In this document: in pieces, positions 17,465-27,252 of the stretch | How the letters are laid out: each line of letters begins with the position of its first letter | Numbering within the stretch: the stretch's first letter is position 1 | Source of the DNA: an uncultured Nitrospiraceae bacterium | GTDB taxonomy: Bacteria > Nitrospirota > Thermodesulfovibrionia > Thermodesulfovibrionales > Dissulfurispiraceae | Length of the DNA: 64,000 nt | Reading direction: 5' to 3' | Assembly: GCA_963705105.1 (NCBI GenBank) | Contig: CAVPIW010000005.1 | Span: 224,001-288,000, forward strand | Position numbers and translations under genes: made by a program | The notes under the pieces: model-generated | Databases searched by the model: none | What the model saw: only the letters and a program-made list of their open reading frames with translations | What the model was told of the DNA's origin: nothing

Positions 17465-18853
17465 GTGGAGAGACAGCTCATACGGTCCGTTCTCGCCGAC
17501 GGGGTCATCGGAAATCCCGTGACGGTCTGCGGCTGGATCCGTTCGAAGCGCGAGTCCAGGGCCTTTGCCTTTATCGCCCTCAGCGACGGGTCTTCGCAGG
17601 AGACACTGCAGCTCGTTGTGCCGGGTGATGCCGATGCTTTCCGGGAGCTTCCCCGCTGCTCGACCGGCGCCGCCATCAGGGCGAGGGGCACCCTGAAGGC
17701 ATCGCCCGGCAAGGGACAGCGCGTCGAGGTGGAGGTCTCGGAGATCGAGGTCTTTGGTGGCGCCGACCCCGCAACCTATCCCCTCCAGAAGAAGGGGCAT
17801 ACCCTCGACTTCCTGAGGGAGCTCGGTCATTTGCGTCCGAGGACGAACACCTTCGGCGCCGTCTTCAGGATGCGGAACATCCTCGCCCGGGCCGTCCACG
17901 CCTTTTTCCAGGACAGGGGCTTTCTCTGGGTCCACACCCCGATCATCACGGCGAGCGACTGCGAGGGCGCCGGAGAGCTCTTCACGGTGACGAGCCTGGA
18001 TTTCGCGGGCCTTCCCAGAAACGAGAGCGGGGCCGTCGATTTCGGCGGGGACTTTTTCGGCAGGAGGGCCTTCCTCACTGTGAGCGGGCAACTCGAAGCG
18101 GAGTTCCTCGCCATGGCCCTCGGCAACGTCTACACCTTCGGCCCGACCTTCCGGGCGGAAAACTCGAACACGACGCGCCACCTCTCCGAGTTCTGGATGG
18201 TCGAGCCGGAGATGGCCTTCGCCGGTCTTGCCGAGGACATGAAACTCGCCGAGGACTTTCTCCGCTTCCTCTTCAGGACGGCCGTCGAGCAGGGAGGCGG
18301 AGAGATCTCTTTCTTCGCTTCTCATTATAAAAACATGAGCGTTGAAGAACTGGGCGCACTCGCCGAATCGCACTTCGCCCATATGACGTACACGGAGGCG
18401 ATCAGGGAACTGGAGCGGTCGAAGGAGCAATTCGAATTCCCCGTCCGGTGGGGGCTCGATCTCCAGTCCGAGCATGAGCGGTATCTGACGGACCACGTGG
18501 TGAAGGGGCCTGTCATCGTGACGGACTATCCGAAAGAGATCAAGGCGTTCTACATGAGAATGAACGATGACGGCAGGACTGTCGCGGCCATGGACGTACT
18601 CATGCCGAAGATCGGCGAGATCATCGGCGGAAGTCAGCGCGAGGAACGGCTCGATGTCCTCGAGGAGCGCATCGCCCAGCTCGGCATCCCCGGTGAGGGT
18701 CTGCAGTGGTACCTTGACCTCAGGCGCTTCGGCTCTGCGCCTCACGCGGGATTCGGCCTCGGCTTCGAGCGCCTCGTCCAGTACGTCACGGGGATGGGGA
18801 ACATACGCGACGTCATCCCCTGCCCCCGGGCGCCGCGCCTTATCGGCTTTTAA
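17465..18853 (+). CDS. asnS: Asparagine--tRNA ligase
   Basis: HLRPRTNTFGAVFR, SDCEGAGELF, LTVSGQL, FRAENSNT.RHL.EFWM, GEIIGGSQRE, GFGLGFER. Confidence 0.97.
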   Translation: MERQLIRSVLADGVIGNPVTVCGWIRSKRESRAFAFIALSDGSSQETLQLVVPGDADAFRELPRCSTGAAIRARGTLKASPGKGQRVEVEVSEIEVFGGADPATYPLQKKGHTLDFLRELGHLRPRTNTFGAVFRMRNILARAVHAFFQDRGFLWVHTPIITASDCEGAGELFTVTSLDFAGLPRNESGAVDFGGDFFGRRAFLTVSGQLEAEFLAMALGNVYTFGPTFRAENSNTTRHLSEFWMVEPEMAFAGLAEDMKLAEDFLRFLFRTAVEQGGGEISFFASHYKNMSVEELGALAESHFAHMTYTEAIRELERSKEQFEFPVRWGLDLQSEHERYLTDHVVKGPVIVTDYPKEIKAFYMRMNDDGRTVAAMDVLMPKIGEIIGGSQREERLDVLEERIAQLGIPGEGLQWYLDLRRFGSAPHAGFGLGFERLVQYVTGMGNIRDVIPCPRAPRLIGF

Positions 18854-18878
18854 ATCGACTCTGAAACTTTATGATCGC

Positions 18879-19111
18879 TGTCCAAAATAATGTTGACACG
18901 AGGATAGGGCATGCTTTCTTCGCAAAATAAACTACCTCTCCTCAAGTTCATAGCTTGCGATGAAGACAAATGTTCGCACAAATACACTGTGCGGCTCCCG
19001 CTGCGGCTTCCGCCTTCGACTCCCGCCGCCGTTCACATTACCCGTGAATTTTGCTTCAGAAACCACACCCCATCCTCGTCTTCAAGGTCTTGCTGTAAAC
19101 TGTTTTGGACA
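18879..19111. repeat. Family B palindromic element, copy 2
   Basis: TGTCCAAAA...TTTTGGACA ends; homologous to 7613-7838. Confidence 0.8.
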
Positions 19112-19402
19112 CGAGTTTTATTTCCAAGTATGAAATCATATCTCACGCAAAGTCGCAATGCGCGCAAAGAGAGAAGCATTCGCCGCCACTTTTCGGGCCG
19201 TTCGGGGAACGGCCCCTACAATGAAACGGCAGTCCATTCAAACAATGGATCCGGCGACTGTTGGCGTAATGCTTTAATGACCGACTGTCGACTCTGACGA
19301 CGGATGATCAATGACTCAATGACTTAATGACTTTTACGGTGGTATCTTCGCCTCGCTTTTGTCATGCAACTGTGAGGTTATTATTTTTTTTGAGGAGGAG
19401 AC

Positions 19403-20620
19403 GTGTCTGAGAAAATACGCGTAAAGAACCCCATCGTCGAGATGGACGGCGACGAGATGACGCGGATCATCTGGTTTATGATAAAGGAAAAACTGATCCT
19501 GCCTTTCATCGATGTCGATCTGCGGTACTACGACCTCGGCGTCAAACACCGCGACGAGACGGACGACAGGGTGACCGTCGAAGCGGCCCAGGCGATCAGG
19601 GACATCGGCATCGGCGTGAAGTGCGCCACGATTACGCCCAACGCCGCGCGGGTGAAGGAATACAACCTCAAGCAGCAGTGGAAGAGCCCGAACGGCACGA
19701 TCAGGTCGATCCTCGACGGGACGGTCTTCCGCAAGCCCATCATCGTGAAGAATGTCCCGCCCGTCGTGAAGTCCTGGAAGCTGCCGATCATCATAGGCCG
19801 TCATGCCTACGGTGATATCTACAGAAACACGGAACTCCTCATCGAGGGACCCGGCACCGCGGAGCTTGTCTTCACCCCCGCTGACGGCGGGCCGAAAAAA
19901 ACTCTCACGATCCACGACTTCAAAAGCCGCGGCGTCATCATGGGCATGCACAACACGGAGCCTTCCATCAGGAGCTTCGCGCGGTCCTGCATCAATTACG
20001 CGGTCAGTGAAAAGGTCGACATCTGGTTCGGCGCCAAGGACACGATTTCAAAACAATACCATGGATTCTTCCGCGACGTCTTCGCCGAGGAGATCGAGAG
20101 GTCGAAAGACATGATTGGGAAAGCCGGCATCCAGTACCGTTATCTCCTCATTGACGACGCCGTCGCACAGGTCATCAAATCACAGGGCGGCATGCTCTGG
20201 GCCTGCATGAACTACGACGGCGACGTCATGTCCGACATGGTGGCGACCGGCTTCGGGAGCCTCGGTCTTATGACGTCGGTCCTCGTCTCGCCTGACGGCA
20301 AGTACGAGTATGAGGCGGCCCACGGAACGGTGACGCGCCACTACTACGAGCACATCAAGGGGAATCCCACGTCGACGAACTCCATCGCCTCCATATTCGC
20401 CTGGACGGGCGCCCTCGCGAAACGAGGAGAGCTTGACGGAACGCCGGGCGTCGTCTCCTTCGCGAAGACGCTGGAGAAGGTCATCATCGAGACCGTCGAA
20501 GGCGGCATCATGACAAAGGACCTCATGCTCATCGCCGACCCGCCCGTGTCAAAGTACTCCCTCACCGGCGAGTTCATCGACACCGTGGCGGAAAAGCTGA
20601 AGGCAGCAATCGCCGGCTGA
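19403..20620 (+). CDS. icd: NADP-dependent isocitrate dehydrogenase (eukaryote-like type II)
   Basis: [46 protein letters not shown]. Confidence 0.97.
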   Translation: MSEKIRVKNPIVEMDGDEMTRIIWFMIKEKLILPFIDVDLRYYDLGVKHRDETDDRVTVEAAQAIRDIGIGVKCATITPNAARVKEYNLKQQWKSPNGTIRSILDGTVFRKPIIVKNVPPVVKSWKLPIIIGRHAYGDIYRNTELLIEGPGTAELVFTPADGGPKKTLTIHDFKSRGVIMGMHNTEPSIRSFARSCINYAVSEKVDIWFGAKDTISKQYHGFFRDVFAEEIERSKDMIGKAGIQYRYLLIDDAVAQVIKSQGGMLWACMNYDGDVMSDMVATGFGSLGLMTSVLVSPDGKYEYEAAHGTVTRHYYEHIKGNPTSTNSIASIFAWTGALAKRGELDGTPGVVSFAKTLEKVIIETVEGGIMTKDLMLIADPPVSKYSLTGEFIDTVAEKLKAAIAG

Positions 20621-20744
20621 GCTAGGGGTTATCTCCCTCCTTACCGAATTTTACATACAGTGTCAAGGCCGATCATTTTTGTTCCCAATTCGCCGAACTA
20701 AAATGTCCGCTTTTCATCGATAACAAACCTGCGACTGCCGCACG

Positions 20745-21539
20745 TTACGCCTCCGACTCGACTGTATCCGTCGTTATCACCTCCTTGGCCCTCGTGTGAT
20801 CCCCGAAGAAACCCGCCCTGCGTTTCTCCTTGAGCCTGTAGCTTTCGCCCTTGATGTTGAGCACTGTCGCGTGATGCAGCAACCGGTCGAGGATGGCAGT
20901 GGCCAGCACCTGATCGCTGAATATCTCGCCCCAGTCCACAAAGCTCTTGTTGGAGGTGATGATCAGGCTCGCCTTCTCATACCTCCTTGTCAGGAGCCGG
21001 AAGAAGAGCCCTGCCTCCTCCCGGTTCATCGGCAGATATCCCATCTCGTCGATGATCAGAACCTTGGGGTACAGCAGCAGTTGCAGCTGCTTGTCCACGC
21101 GGCTCTCCACCTGTGCCCTCTTGAGGCGGCTGATGAGGGTCTCCAGGGTGAGGAAGTGGACTTTATGGCCCGCCTCCACCGCCTTGATCCCAAGGGCGAT
21201 CGCCAAATGGGTCTTTCCTACCCCGGGAGGTCCAAGCAGGATCACGTTTTCGGCCCTCTCCACAAACCCCAGGCCCGAAAGCTCCCGGATCACCTTCCGG
21301 TCTATGCTCGGCTGAAAGCTCAGATCGAACTGCTCAAGGGTCTTCACCCAGGGAAACCGTGCAAGGGAAAGCCTCGCCTCGGTCCCCCGCTGATGCCGCC
21401 CCTGCCATTCTGTCTGCAGTGCCTCCGTAAGAAACTCACGATACCCCAGATCGCGCTTTGATGCCTGCTCGCAAAGGGTATCGAGTCCAGAGGCCAGGTG
21501 CTCCATCTTCATCTTCTCAAGAAGCCCTACGAGTTGCAT
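20745..21539 (-). CDS. istB: IS21 helper ATPase
   Basis: GPPGVGKTHLA, LIIDEMGYLP, AILDRLLHH, GESYRLK. Confidence 0.96.
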   Translation of the reverse strand: MQLVGLLEKMKMEHLASGLDTLCEQASKRDLGYREFLTEALQTEWQGRHQRGTEARLSLARFPWVKTLEQFDLSFQPSIDRKVIRELSGLGFVERAENVILLGPPGVGKTHLAIALGIKAVEAGHKVHFLTLETLISRLKRAQVESRVDKQLQLLLYPKVLIIDEMGYLPMNREEAGLFFRLLTRRYEKASLIITSNKSFVDWGEIFSDQVLATAILDRLLHHATVLNIKGESYRLKEKRRAGFFGDHTRAKEVITTDTVESEA

Positions 21540-22717
21540 GCTACCACCTCCTCGTAGACGGAGAGCTCTCTGTGCTCCACCCAAAGCGTCTGTCTCCAGA
21601 GCCCTTCGTGGTGCGAGGGCACGGTCACCCATCCATCCCGCGCAGGCCTAAGCCGGTGCTCAGCCACTTTCTGATCCCCCGCATAGACGCTCAGCCCGCC
21701 CTCAAGACTCAGTCGAATCTGCACCATCGTGCCGCAAAGGCTGCCGGGGACGCTGTAGCGATTGCCTCTGACCTCAATATAGCTGTCCCAGCTTACCGTG
21801 CGGTACTCCTGGTAGGAGGTGTCGTATCTGACAGCCGGCAGGCAACTCAGGTGCGGCGCTTCACGTGCAAAGCGCTCCCTCACGATCTCCTTCAGTGTGC
21901 TATGCACCCTCGGGTCTGCCTCTTCTGTCAGCCACTTCTGGGCAAGCTGGTTCAGATGCTCAAAGCTGTCAAACCGGCGGTACCTCTGGAAAAAGTTATG
22001 CTTGATATAGCCGACCATCCGTTCGTCCTTGCCCTTTGTCCTTGCCCGGCTGGGGCGGCATGCCCTCGGTGTAAACCCATAATGTCCTGCCAAGTCCAGA
22101 AACCGGCTGTTGAAGACCACCCGTCCACCGTGCCGGTGCGAGATGACCGCCGTCTTCTGGTTGTCAACCAGCACCTCCGATGTCGTTCCCCCAAAATACT
22201 CAAAACTCCTGATGAGACCCTCATAGGTGTGCTCGGCATCCTGGCTGTCGGTGCCCCAAAAGTGAAACCGCCGGCAATATCCAAGCTCGTTGACGATGAA
22301 GTACACCTTCGTCGGCTCCTCCCCGATGGTCGTCATGATCTCGCCCCAGTCGCTCTGCAGTTGCCGCCCCGGCGGTGTTTCAAACCGCACGGTCACCCGG
22401 CTGGCCCGCAGCACTCTCTTGGGTCGTATGTAGTCGCGCAATATGCAGATCTTCCCCTCGTAACCCGCCTCCTGTATCTCCCGAAGCGCCACCATTGCGT
22501 TCCACACCCCTTCCTGCAGCAGCCTGTCTACTATCGGCTTGTACGGGTCCAGCTTGCTCTTGCGCGCTCCAGGTCTCTTTCCCGAGGGCGGCCCCCCTCT
22601 CTCTATCGCCCGGCTGATCGTCTTGGGATGCACCCCAAGCTCCGCGGCGATGTCCTTGATATAGACGCCCTTGTCCCTTTGTGTGGTAATATCCATCCAG
22701 TCCTCCTTGTTGAGCAT
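21527..22717 (-). CDS. istA: IS21 transposase
   Basis: N-terminal HTH, RFETPPG.QLQ.DWG, DNQKTAV, TKGKDER. Confidence 0.96.
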   Translation of the reverse strand: MLNKEDWMDITTQRDKGVYIKDIAAELGVHPKTISRAIERGGPPSGKRPGARKSKLDPYKPIVDRLLQEGVWNAMVALREIQEAGYEGKICILRDYIRPKRVLRASRVTVRFETPPGRQLQSDWGEIMTTIGEEPTKVYFIVNELGYCRRFHFWGTDSQDAEHTYEGLIRSFEYFGGTTSEVLVDNQKTAVISHRHGGRVVFNSRFLDLAGHYGFTPRACRPSRARTKGKDERMVGYIKHNFFQRYRRFDSFEHLNQLAQKWLTEEADPRVHSTLKEIVRERFAREAPHLSCLPAVRYDTSYQEYRTVSWDSYIEVRGNRYSVPGSLCGTMVQIRLSLEGGLSVYAGDQKVAEHRLRPARDGWVTVPSHHEGLWRQTLWVEHRELSVYEEVVACNS

Positions 22718-22810
22718 CCGGCACCTCCTTCGCAGAAGGTACCTTACCATGCCCGGCTTGGAGGACATCTTAGTCCGGCGTTTTGTGGACTATATCATTC
22801 GGCGCTGACA

Positions 22811-23135
22811 ACAGGGAGGGGATCACGATCATGTTGAGCGCCGTGGAGCTCAACAGCCCGCCGAGGATGACGACTGCCAGGGGCGACAGTATCTCGTTGC
22901 CCGGCTTGTCCGCGGCGAAAGCGAACGGGACGAGCGCGAGTCCTGCAGCAAGTGCGGTCATGATCACGGGCCTCAGCCTGAACGCAACGGCTCCGCCCGA
23001 TGATTTCCAGCCGCCGCAGTTTCCGTCCGGCAGGTGTTCTCCGGCATGGCAGTGGCAGAAGGGGAAAAGCGCCATGACGAGAAAGAACAGGAAAAATGTT
23101 CCGCAAATCATCCGCCGCGGGTTAAATATAATCAT
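22811..23135 (-). pseudogene. Remnant C-terminus of a CusA/CzcA-type RND pump, fused to an unrelated short N-terminus and split by IS21
   Basis: RLRPVIMTAL..LALVP......GNEILSPLAVVILGGLLSST.LN.IVIP; the tail YVKFGKEGDNP* continues at 20656-20622 across the IS. Confidence 0.8.
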
Positions 23136-23187
23136 ATCTTATGATTGCATAAATCCTTCTCGATAAAACTCTCGCAATAGCCGTGGC

Positions 23188-23358
23188 TCAATATTCCTTT
23201 ATCTTGTCGGCCGGGACTGAAACCGCAGCACCATCGCGCCACACAACAATGGGGTCTCCGCTTTTTTTATGGTCGGCGATAACTCCTGCCACAGCTTCTT
23301 TCAATGCCGCTTCCGCCTTGCTTATGATTGACATATTCTCCTTACTGTCTTCACTCAT
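23188..23358 (-). CDS. Small partner protein of the ATPase (56 aa; not in the ORF track)
   Basis: MSEDSKENMSIISKAEAALKEAVAGVIADHKKSGDPIVVWRDG...; ATGA overlap with the ATPase stop. Confidence 0.7.
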   Translation of the reverse strand: MSEDSKENMSIISKAEAALKEAVAGVIADHKKSGDPIVVWRDGAAVSVPADKIKEY

Positions 23359-23942
23359 GCTCCCTCCGCATATCGCTTAACCTGTTCAAAAAGTCCTGTG
23401 TTTCTTATGGAAAGCCTTTCATTTTCATAAAAAGCGATTATATCGGGCGAATCGGTCGAATTGTCGAAAATTATCCATGTGTCGGCAAGCGCAAGATAAT
23501 GTTTGAACAGATTGAACAACCCTCTGTAATATCTACGACGGATTGTAGGCTCAGGTACATCGTGCCCGCCACGTTTAACACGCTGATTTACCCTCATAAT
23601 GCCAATCTCCGGGCTGCGAAGCCAGAGGAACAGGAGAACTATCCTATATCCGTCCGCCTTTATGGCATTCAGCTTCTTTATGTAACTCAAGCCCGAAAGT
23701 GTCGTCTCAAAAGCAAAGTCCACTTTCTGTCTGGAGAAATTATGAATCTGCTCAAGCATGAGTCTCCCCGCCCTTATTGAGGCCAACTCAGGAGAAAAGG
23801 GAGACAAGCCGGCAGCAATCATGTCAGCATTGACAAAGTTCAGGCAATGAGCGTACTCAGGCAGAAACTTGCCGACAAAGGTCGTCTTGCCCGCTCCATT
23901 TGGGCCTGCAATGATATACAGATTTGGTCGTTCACTGTCCAT
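23355..23942 (-). CDS. Zeta-toxin-like / AAA_33 P-loop ATPase
   Basis: IIAGPNGAGKTT, FVNAD.IA.GLSPF, FETTLSG, RV..RV..GGH.VP. Confidence 0.88.
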   Translation of the reverse strand: MDSERPNLYIIAGPNGAGKTTFVGKFLPEYAHCLNFVNADMIAAGLSPFSPELASIRAGRLMLEQIHNFSRQKVDFAFETTLSGLSYIKKLNAIKADGYRIVLLFLWLRSPEIGIMRVNQRVKRGGHDVPEPTIRRRYYRGLFNLFKHYLALADTWIIFDNSTDSPDIIAFYENERLSIRNTGLFEQVKRYAEGA

Positions 23943-23950
23943 TTAAGAAC

Positions 23951-25459
23951 CTCAAGTTTCGCAGATAGAAAACGGTCATGAAATGGCGTCTTATAAGGGA
24001 ATGAACAGAAAAAACTAAAAAGAACATCCCCAAACCTTGTACAATATTGTCGCGAAACATACAAAGACGAGGAGGGGATGTTCTATGAGCATTGTACCAC
24101 AAAACGAAGATGTTCAGAATTATACACGTGCATTTCTCCAGACCCATCGTATTGCCAGGATTCTGAAAATGTCCAATTTCAGCAAAGAGCGGGGTATCCC
24201 CTGCGTGGCACTGTTTCGCTTCATCTTTTTGTTGGTATTCACCGGGAAGAATCTGTATCGAACACTGCAGATGACAACGACAGAGGGGAATCCCGGCAAA
24301 GATGCCGTGTATCGGTTCTTGAACTCGGCTCGCTATAACTGGAGAAAGTTTCTGTTGCTGCTGAGCGCATCGATCATCAAAGACCGGGTCGCAACATTGA
24401 CCTCTGCGGAGAGGATCAAGGTGCTCATCATCGATGATTCCCTGTTCAGCCGGAACAGGAGCAACGTGGTGGAACTTCTGGCACGGGTGTACGATCACTG
24501 TGAGCAGAAATACCGCCGGGGATTCCGGATGCTGACGGTGGGCTGGTCTGACGGGGTGAGTTTTCTGCCTGTGGCGTTTTCTTTGCTGAGTTCCGTCAAA
24601 CAGGACAATCGACTCTGTGCAATGAACGAAGAGATCGACAAACGGACCAACGGGTACAAGAGGCGGGCGGAAAGCATCAAGAAGGCGACTGAGACGATGT
24701 TTGATCTGCTCAAACAGGTCAAGACGTCCGGGATTGACGCGCAGTATGTGTTGTTTGACCGGTGGTTTTCGAGTCCTTCGGTGATCATGAACGTCCTCAA
24801 GGAGAAGTTTCATTGCATTTGCATGCTCAAAGATACCAAAGTCTCGTATGGGTATAGAGACAGCAAAATGACGTTGAGCAAATTGTATGCGTCTGTGCGG
24901 AAGAAGAGGGGCCGGGCGAAGGTTCTGGCATCCGTCATTGTCAGGCTCGGCGTTGATGAGGAAGGAAAGGTCGTCGAGGCGAAGATCGTGTTTGTGCGGG
25001 ACCGCAGGAGCAGGAAGTGGCTTGCCGTCTTGTCGACGGATACGGCCATGAGTGACGAGGACATCATCACTACCTATGCGAGGCGGTGGGACATCGAGGT
25101 ATTTTTCAAAATGGCGAAATCGCATCTGAAGCTTGCCAGGGAGTTCATGGGACGCAGTTATGACGCGATGATGGCTCATACGACGATCGTGTGCTGCCGA
25201 TACATCATGCTGGCGCTGGAGAAGCGGGAAAGTGAGGACCCTCGGACAATCGGGATGCTTTTTTACGTTCATTGTGATGAACTGCAGGGACTCGGATTTA
25301 TCGAGGCGATGCTGATTGTCATAGAGGTCTTGAAGGATCACTTGAGTCGATTTCTTTCACTCACCCCACGGAGACTGGAGCAGTTTATGGCCAACTTTAT
25401 GGGGGCTCTGCCTTTATTTCTCAAGGCTCCGCTCCAGATTTCTATGTGCGAAAGTTGAG
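23951..25459 (+). mobile_element. IS4-like DDE insertion sequence
   Basis: 21-bp inverted repeats CTCAAGTTTCGCAGATAGAAA / CTCAACTTTCGCACATAGAAA; 7-bp target duplication TAAGAAC (23944-23950, 25460-25466). Confidence 0.9.
24085..25458 (+). CDS. DDE transposase (IS4 superfamily)
   Basis: LIIDDS, VLFDRWF, Y..RW.IE.FFK signature. Confidence 0.9.
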   Translation: MSIVPQNEDVQNYTRAFLQTHRIARILKMSNFSKERGIPCVALFRFIFLLVFTGKNLYRTLQMTTTEGNPGKDAVYRFLNSARYNWRKFLLLLSASIIKDRVATLTSAERIKVLIIDDSLFSRNRSNVVELLARVYDHCEQKYRRGFRMLTVGWSDGVSFLPVAFSLLSSVKQDNRLCAMNEEIDKRTNGYKRRAESIKKATETMFDLLKQVKTSGIDAQYVLFDRWFSSPSVIMNVLKEKFHCICMLKDTKVSYGYRDSKMTLSKLYASVRKKRGRAKVLASVIVRLGVDEEGKVVEAKIVFVRDRRSRKWLAVLSTDTAMSDEDIITTYARRWDIEVFFKMAKSHLKLAREFMGRSYDAMMAHTTIVCCRYIMLALEKRESEDPRTIGMLFYVHCDELQGLGFIEAMLIVIEVLKDHLSRFLSLTPRRLEQFMANFMGALPLFLKAPLQISMCES

Positions 25460-25466
25460 TAAGAAC

Positions 25467-25612
25467 AACTCCTCAAAAGAATCTGCTCCACTCTTTCACC
25501 TGCTGTAGTTTATCGAGGACGAGTTCTACGGTGACACGGGTTCCTATAATTGCAGGCTTGCCTATCATGACAGGTGGGTTGGATACTCTGAATTCTGGGT
25601 TTGACTTTGCAT
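25467..25612 (-). pseudogene. DUF433-family antitoxin remnant (frameshifted)
   Basis: SNPPVMIGKPAIIGTRVTVELVLDKL followed, in another frame, by AGERVEQIL. Confidence 0.7.
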
Positions 25613-25642
25613 GTAATCACCTCACGGTATGTTCATTGCGTG

Positions 25643-25733
25643 GCCCAACATCGAGTTGAGAGGGATATAATAATGATGCCCGCCCGAGGCGGCGCGGGAT
25701 TAGGGGTACCTTCGCTCGAAAGACTTGACTCCA
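25643..25733 (-). other. Degenerate solo attC
   Basis: Collinear similarity to the attC at 770-861 (AAC..CGAGTTGAG...GCCCGCC.GAGGCGG...ACCTTCGCTCGAA.GACTTG); R' GTTGGGC intact, R'' eroded. Confidence 0.75.
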
Positions 25734-25820
25734 AACTCAAATGTCAAACCCCACGTCGAACAAGTCAACGACTTCCTTAATACGGCCATACGCGCCTGAA
25801 CCGCACTGTCCACAGTGCAA

Positions 25821-26750
25821 TCAATCAAAGGACTTGTATATCTGCGTGTAATGGTAGCTAAGGCTATCTTCACGCAGCTTGTGCTTTAATGACTTCAACT
25901 TTGTGCCTTTTCCAGATTTCCAATGCTCAACTATTAACGATTTCGGATTCAAAGCAATTACCCCAAGATCTAGCATCGCATGATGCTGCGGGCAAACAAC
26001 TAAGATATTTGATTTGCCATCTTTGCCATTGTGAGGCGCACCAACAGGCCTCAAATGATGAGTTTCCGCATATCGTTTTCCATTTGGCAGCTCGATGGTT
26101 TCGCCGCAGATTTGACATTCGTAACGATACTGCTCCTTAAGTTGTTTGACGACGTTACCGTCTCGAACTATTCTCTGAGTGAACAGATCTTTCCTCAAGG
26201 GAGACGTCATTTCATCATATGAATCAATCACCGCCTCTCCAGCTTTGCCAAAAGTACTCGTTGTGGAACCCAAGAAGACCATAATATCTCTTTTCTGTTC
26301 TGGATTGAAATCGACCATTAATGAAATCAGTGTATCAAATCCATCAGGAGTAATACCAAGAACCGATCCCCGATTGACTCTTACGAATTCGATAGCACGA
26401 TCTGCATTCTTCGATTCCCTAATTGCAGCGTATGGAACGGGTCGGTTGAGTCTAACTCTTGGGCTTGGTTTTAGGTCAAATGTATTATAATTGCAGCCAT
26501 CAGGCGATTGATATCCATTGGACATCAAATAACCGAGACCAATCACACCTTCCTTCGCCTGGTACGCAACTGCAATATCGCCTCTACGCATCTTCTTAAT
26601 ACGAGCAAAGGACACTGGAGACTTAATCCATTCCTCTCCACCCCATTCAAATTTCTTAGGGTCAGTGTAATCCTTTAAAATATCGTCCCAATGCCACTCG
26701 ATGCTTGCCGTAACCCACCAGTATTGAATGTTGCCCAAAGCACCTGCCAT
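25821..26750 (-). CDS. HNH endonuclease with a putative N-terminal EVE/PUA-like domain
   Basis: C-terminal CQICG...YAETHH.RP.G..H.G.D...N..V.CP.HH..LD; N-terminal YWW...W...W...MRRGD...YQ...GVIG.G. Confidence 0.75.
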   Translation of the reverse strand: MAGALGNIQYWWVTASIEWHWDDILKDYTDPKKFEWGGEEWIKSPVSFARIKKMRRGDIAVAYQAKEGVIGLGYLMSNGYQSPDGCNYNTFDLKPSPRVRLNRPVPYAAIRESKNADRAIEFVRVNRGSVLGITPDGFDTLISLMVDFNPEQKRDIMVFLGSTTSTFGKAGEAVIDSYDEMTSPLRKDLFTQRIVRDGNVVKQLKEQYRYECQICGETIELPNGKRYAETHHLRPVGAPHNGKDGKSNILVVCPQHHAMLDLGVIALNPKSLIVEHWKSGKGTKLKSLKHKLREDSLSYHYTQIYKSFD

Positions 26751-26793
26751 AGTCTACACTCCGCTCTTTATTTTCTGTGGCATATTGTCTCGA

Positions 26794-27138
26794 CTAGCAG
26801 TTTGTCCTGCTTGCCTCTTGGATCCCCCCCGAGAAGCCTTGAGCATCATCGGAAAACAAGAAGTTGCCCTGTTTATCATACATATTGACGGTCCCATAAA
26901 ATAGTTCTCTAGTCTTGCAGTTAATCCTTACCTTTATCGTTGCATAACCCTTTTCCTTATTGATTAAGGTCATAACCTCATAAAGGTTGTGACTAACTTT
27001 ATTTACACTCCTCTTATCGTATGAATAGCCATCATCATATTCAATCCAAGTCGGTTTGCTATATGTTGGAGAACTCCAAAGTGCTATGATAGCCATAAAT
27101 AATGTAATAGCAGAATATTTGATAATGACCTTTGTCAT
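26794..27138 (-). CDS. Hypothetical secreted protein
   Basis: AAGGAG RBS, signal peptide, AT-rich. Confidence 0.6.
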   Translation of the reverse strand: MTKVIIKYSAITLFMAIIALWSSPTYSKPTWIEYDDGYSYDKRSVNKVSHNLYEVMTLINKEKGYATIKVRINCKTRELFYGTVNMYDKQGNFLFSDDAQGFSGGIQEASRTNC

Positions 27139-27252
27139 GCTCTTCTCCTTCCAGATATCCTTAATAGCTCGTTCTTTTTCGATATACAATTGTTATTATC
27201 AGTATAATTTAATGACTTATATGCCTTATCACATCGTTAGTGCAAATAGTTT

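Larger units (their letters stand above)
20661..22810 (-). mobile_element. IS21-family insertion sequence
   Basis: TG...CA termini with long imperfect inverted repeats (TGTCAAGGCCGA / TGTCAGCGCCGA); ACAG duplicated on both flanks; istA-istB. Confidence 0.95.

Noticed and set aside
23932..25341. 469-aa antisense ORF in the IS4-like transposase, and other long shadow ORFs (e.g. 4965-6371, 17444-18745, 42772-43896)
   Set aside because: Opposite-strand shadows of well-supported genes in GC-rich DNA, with no motifs.
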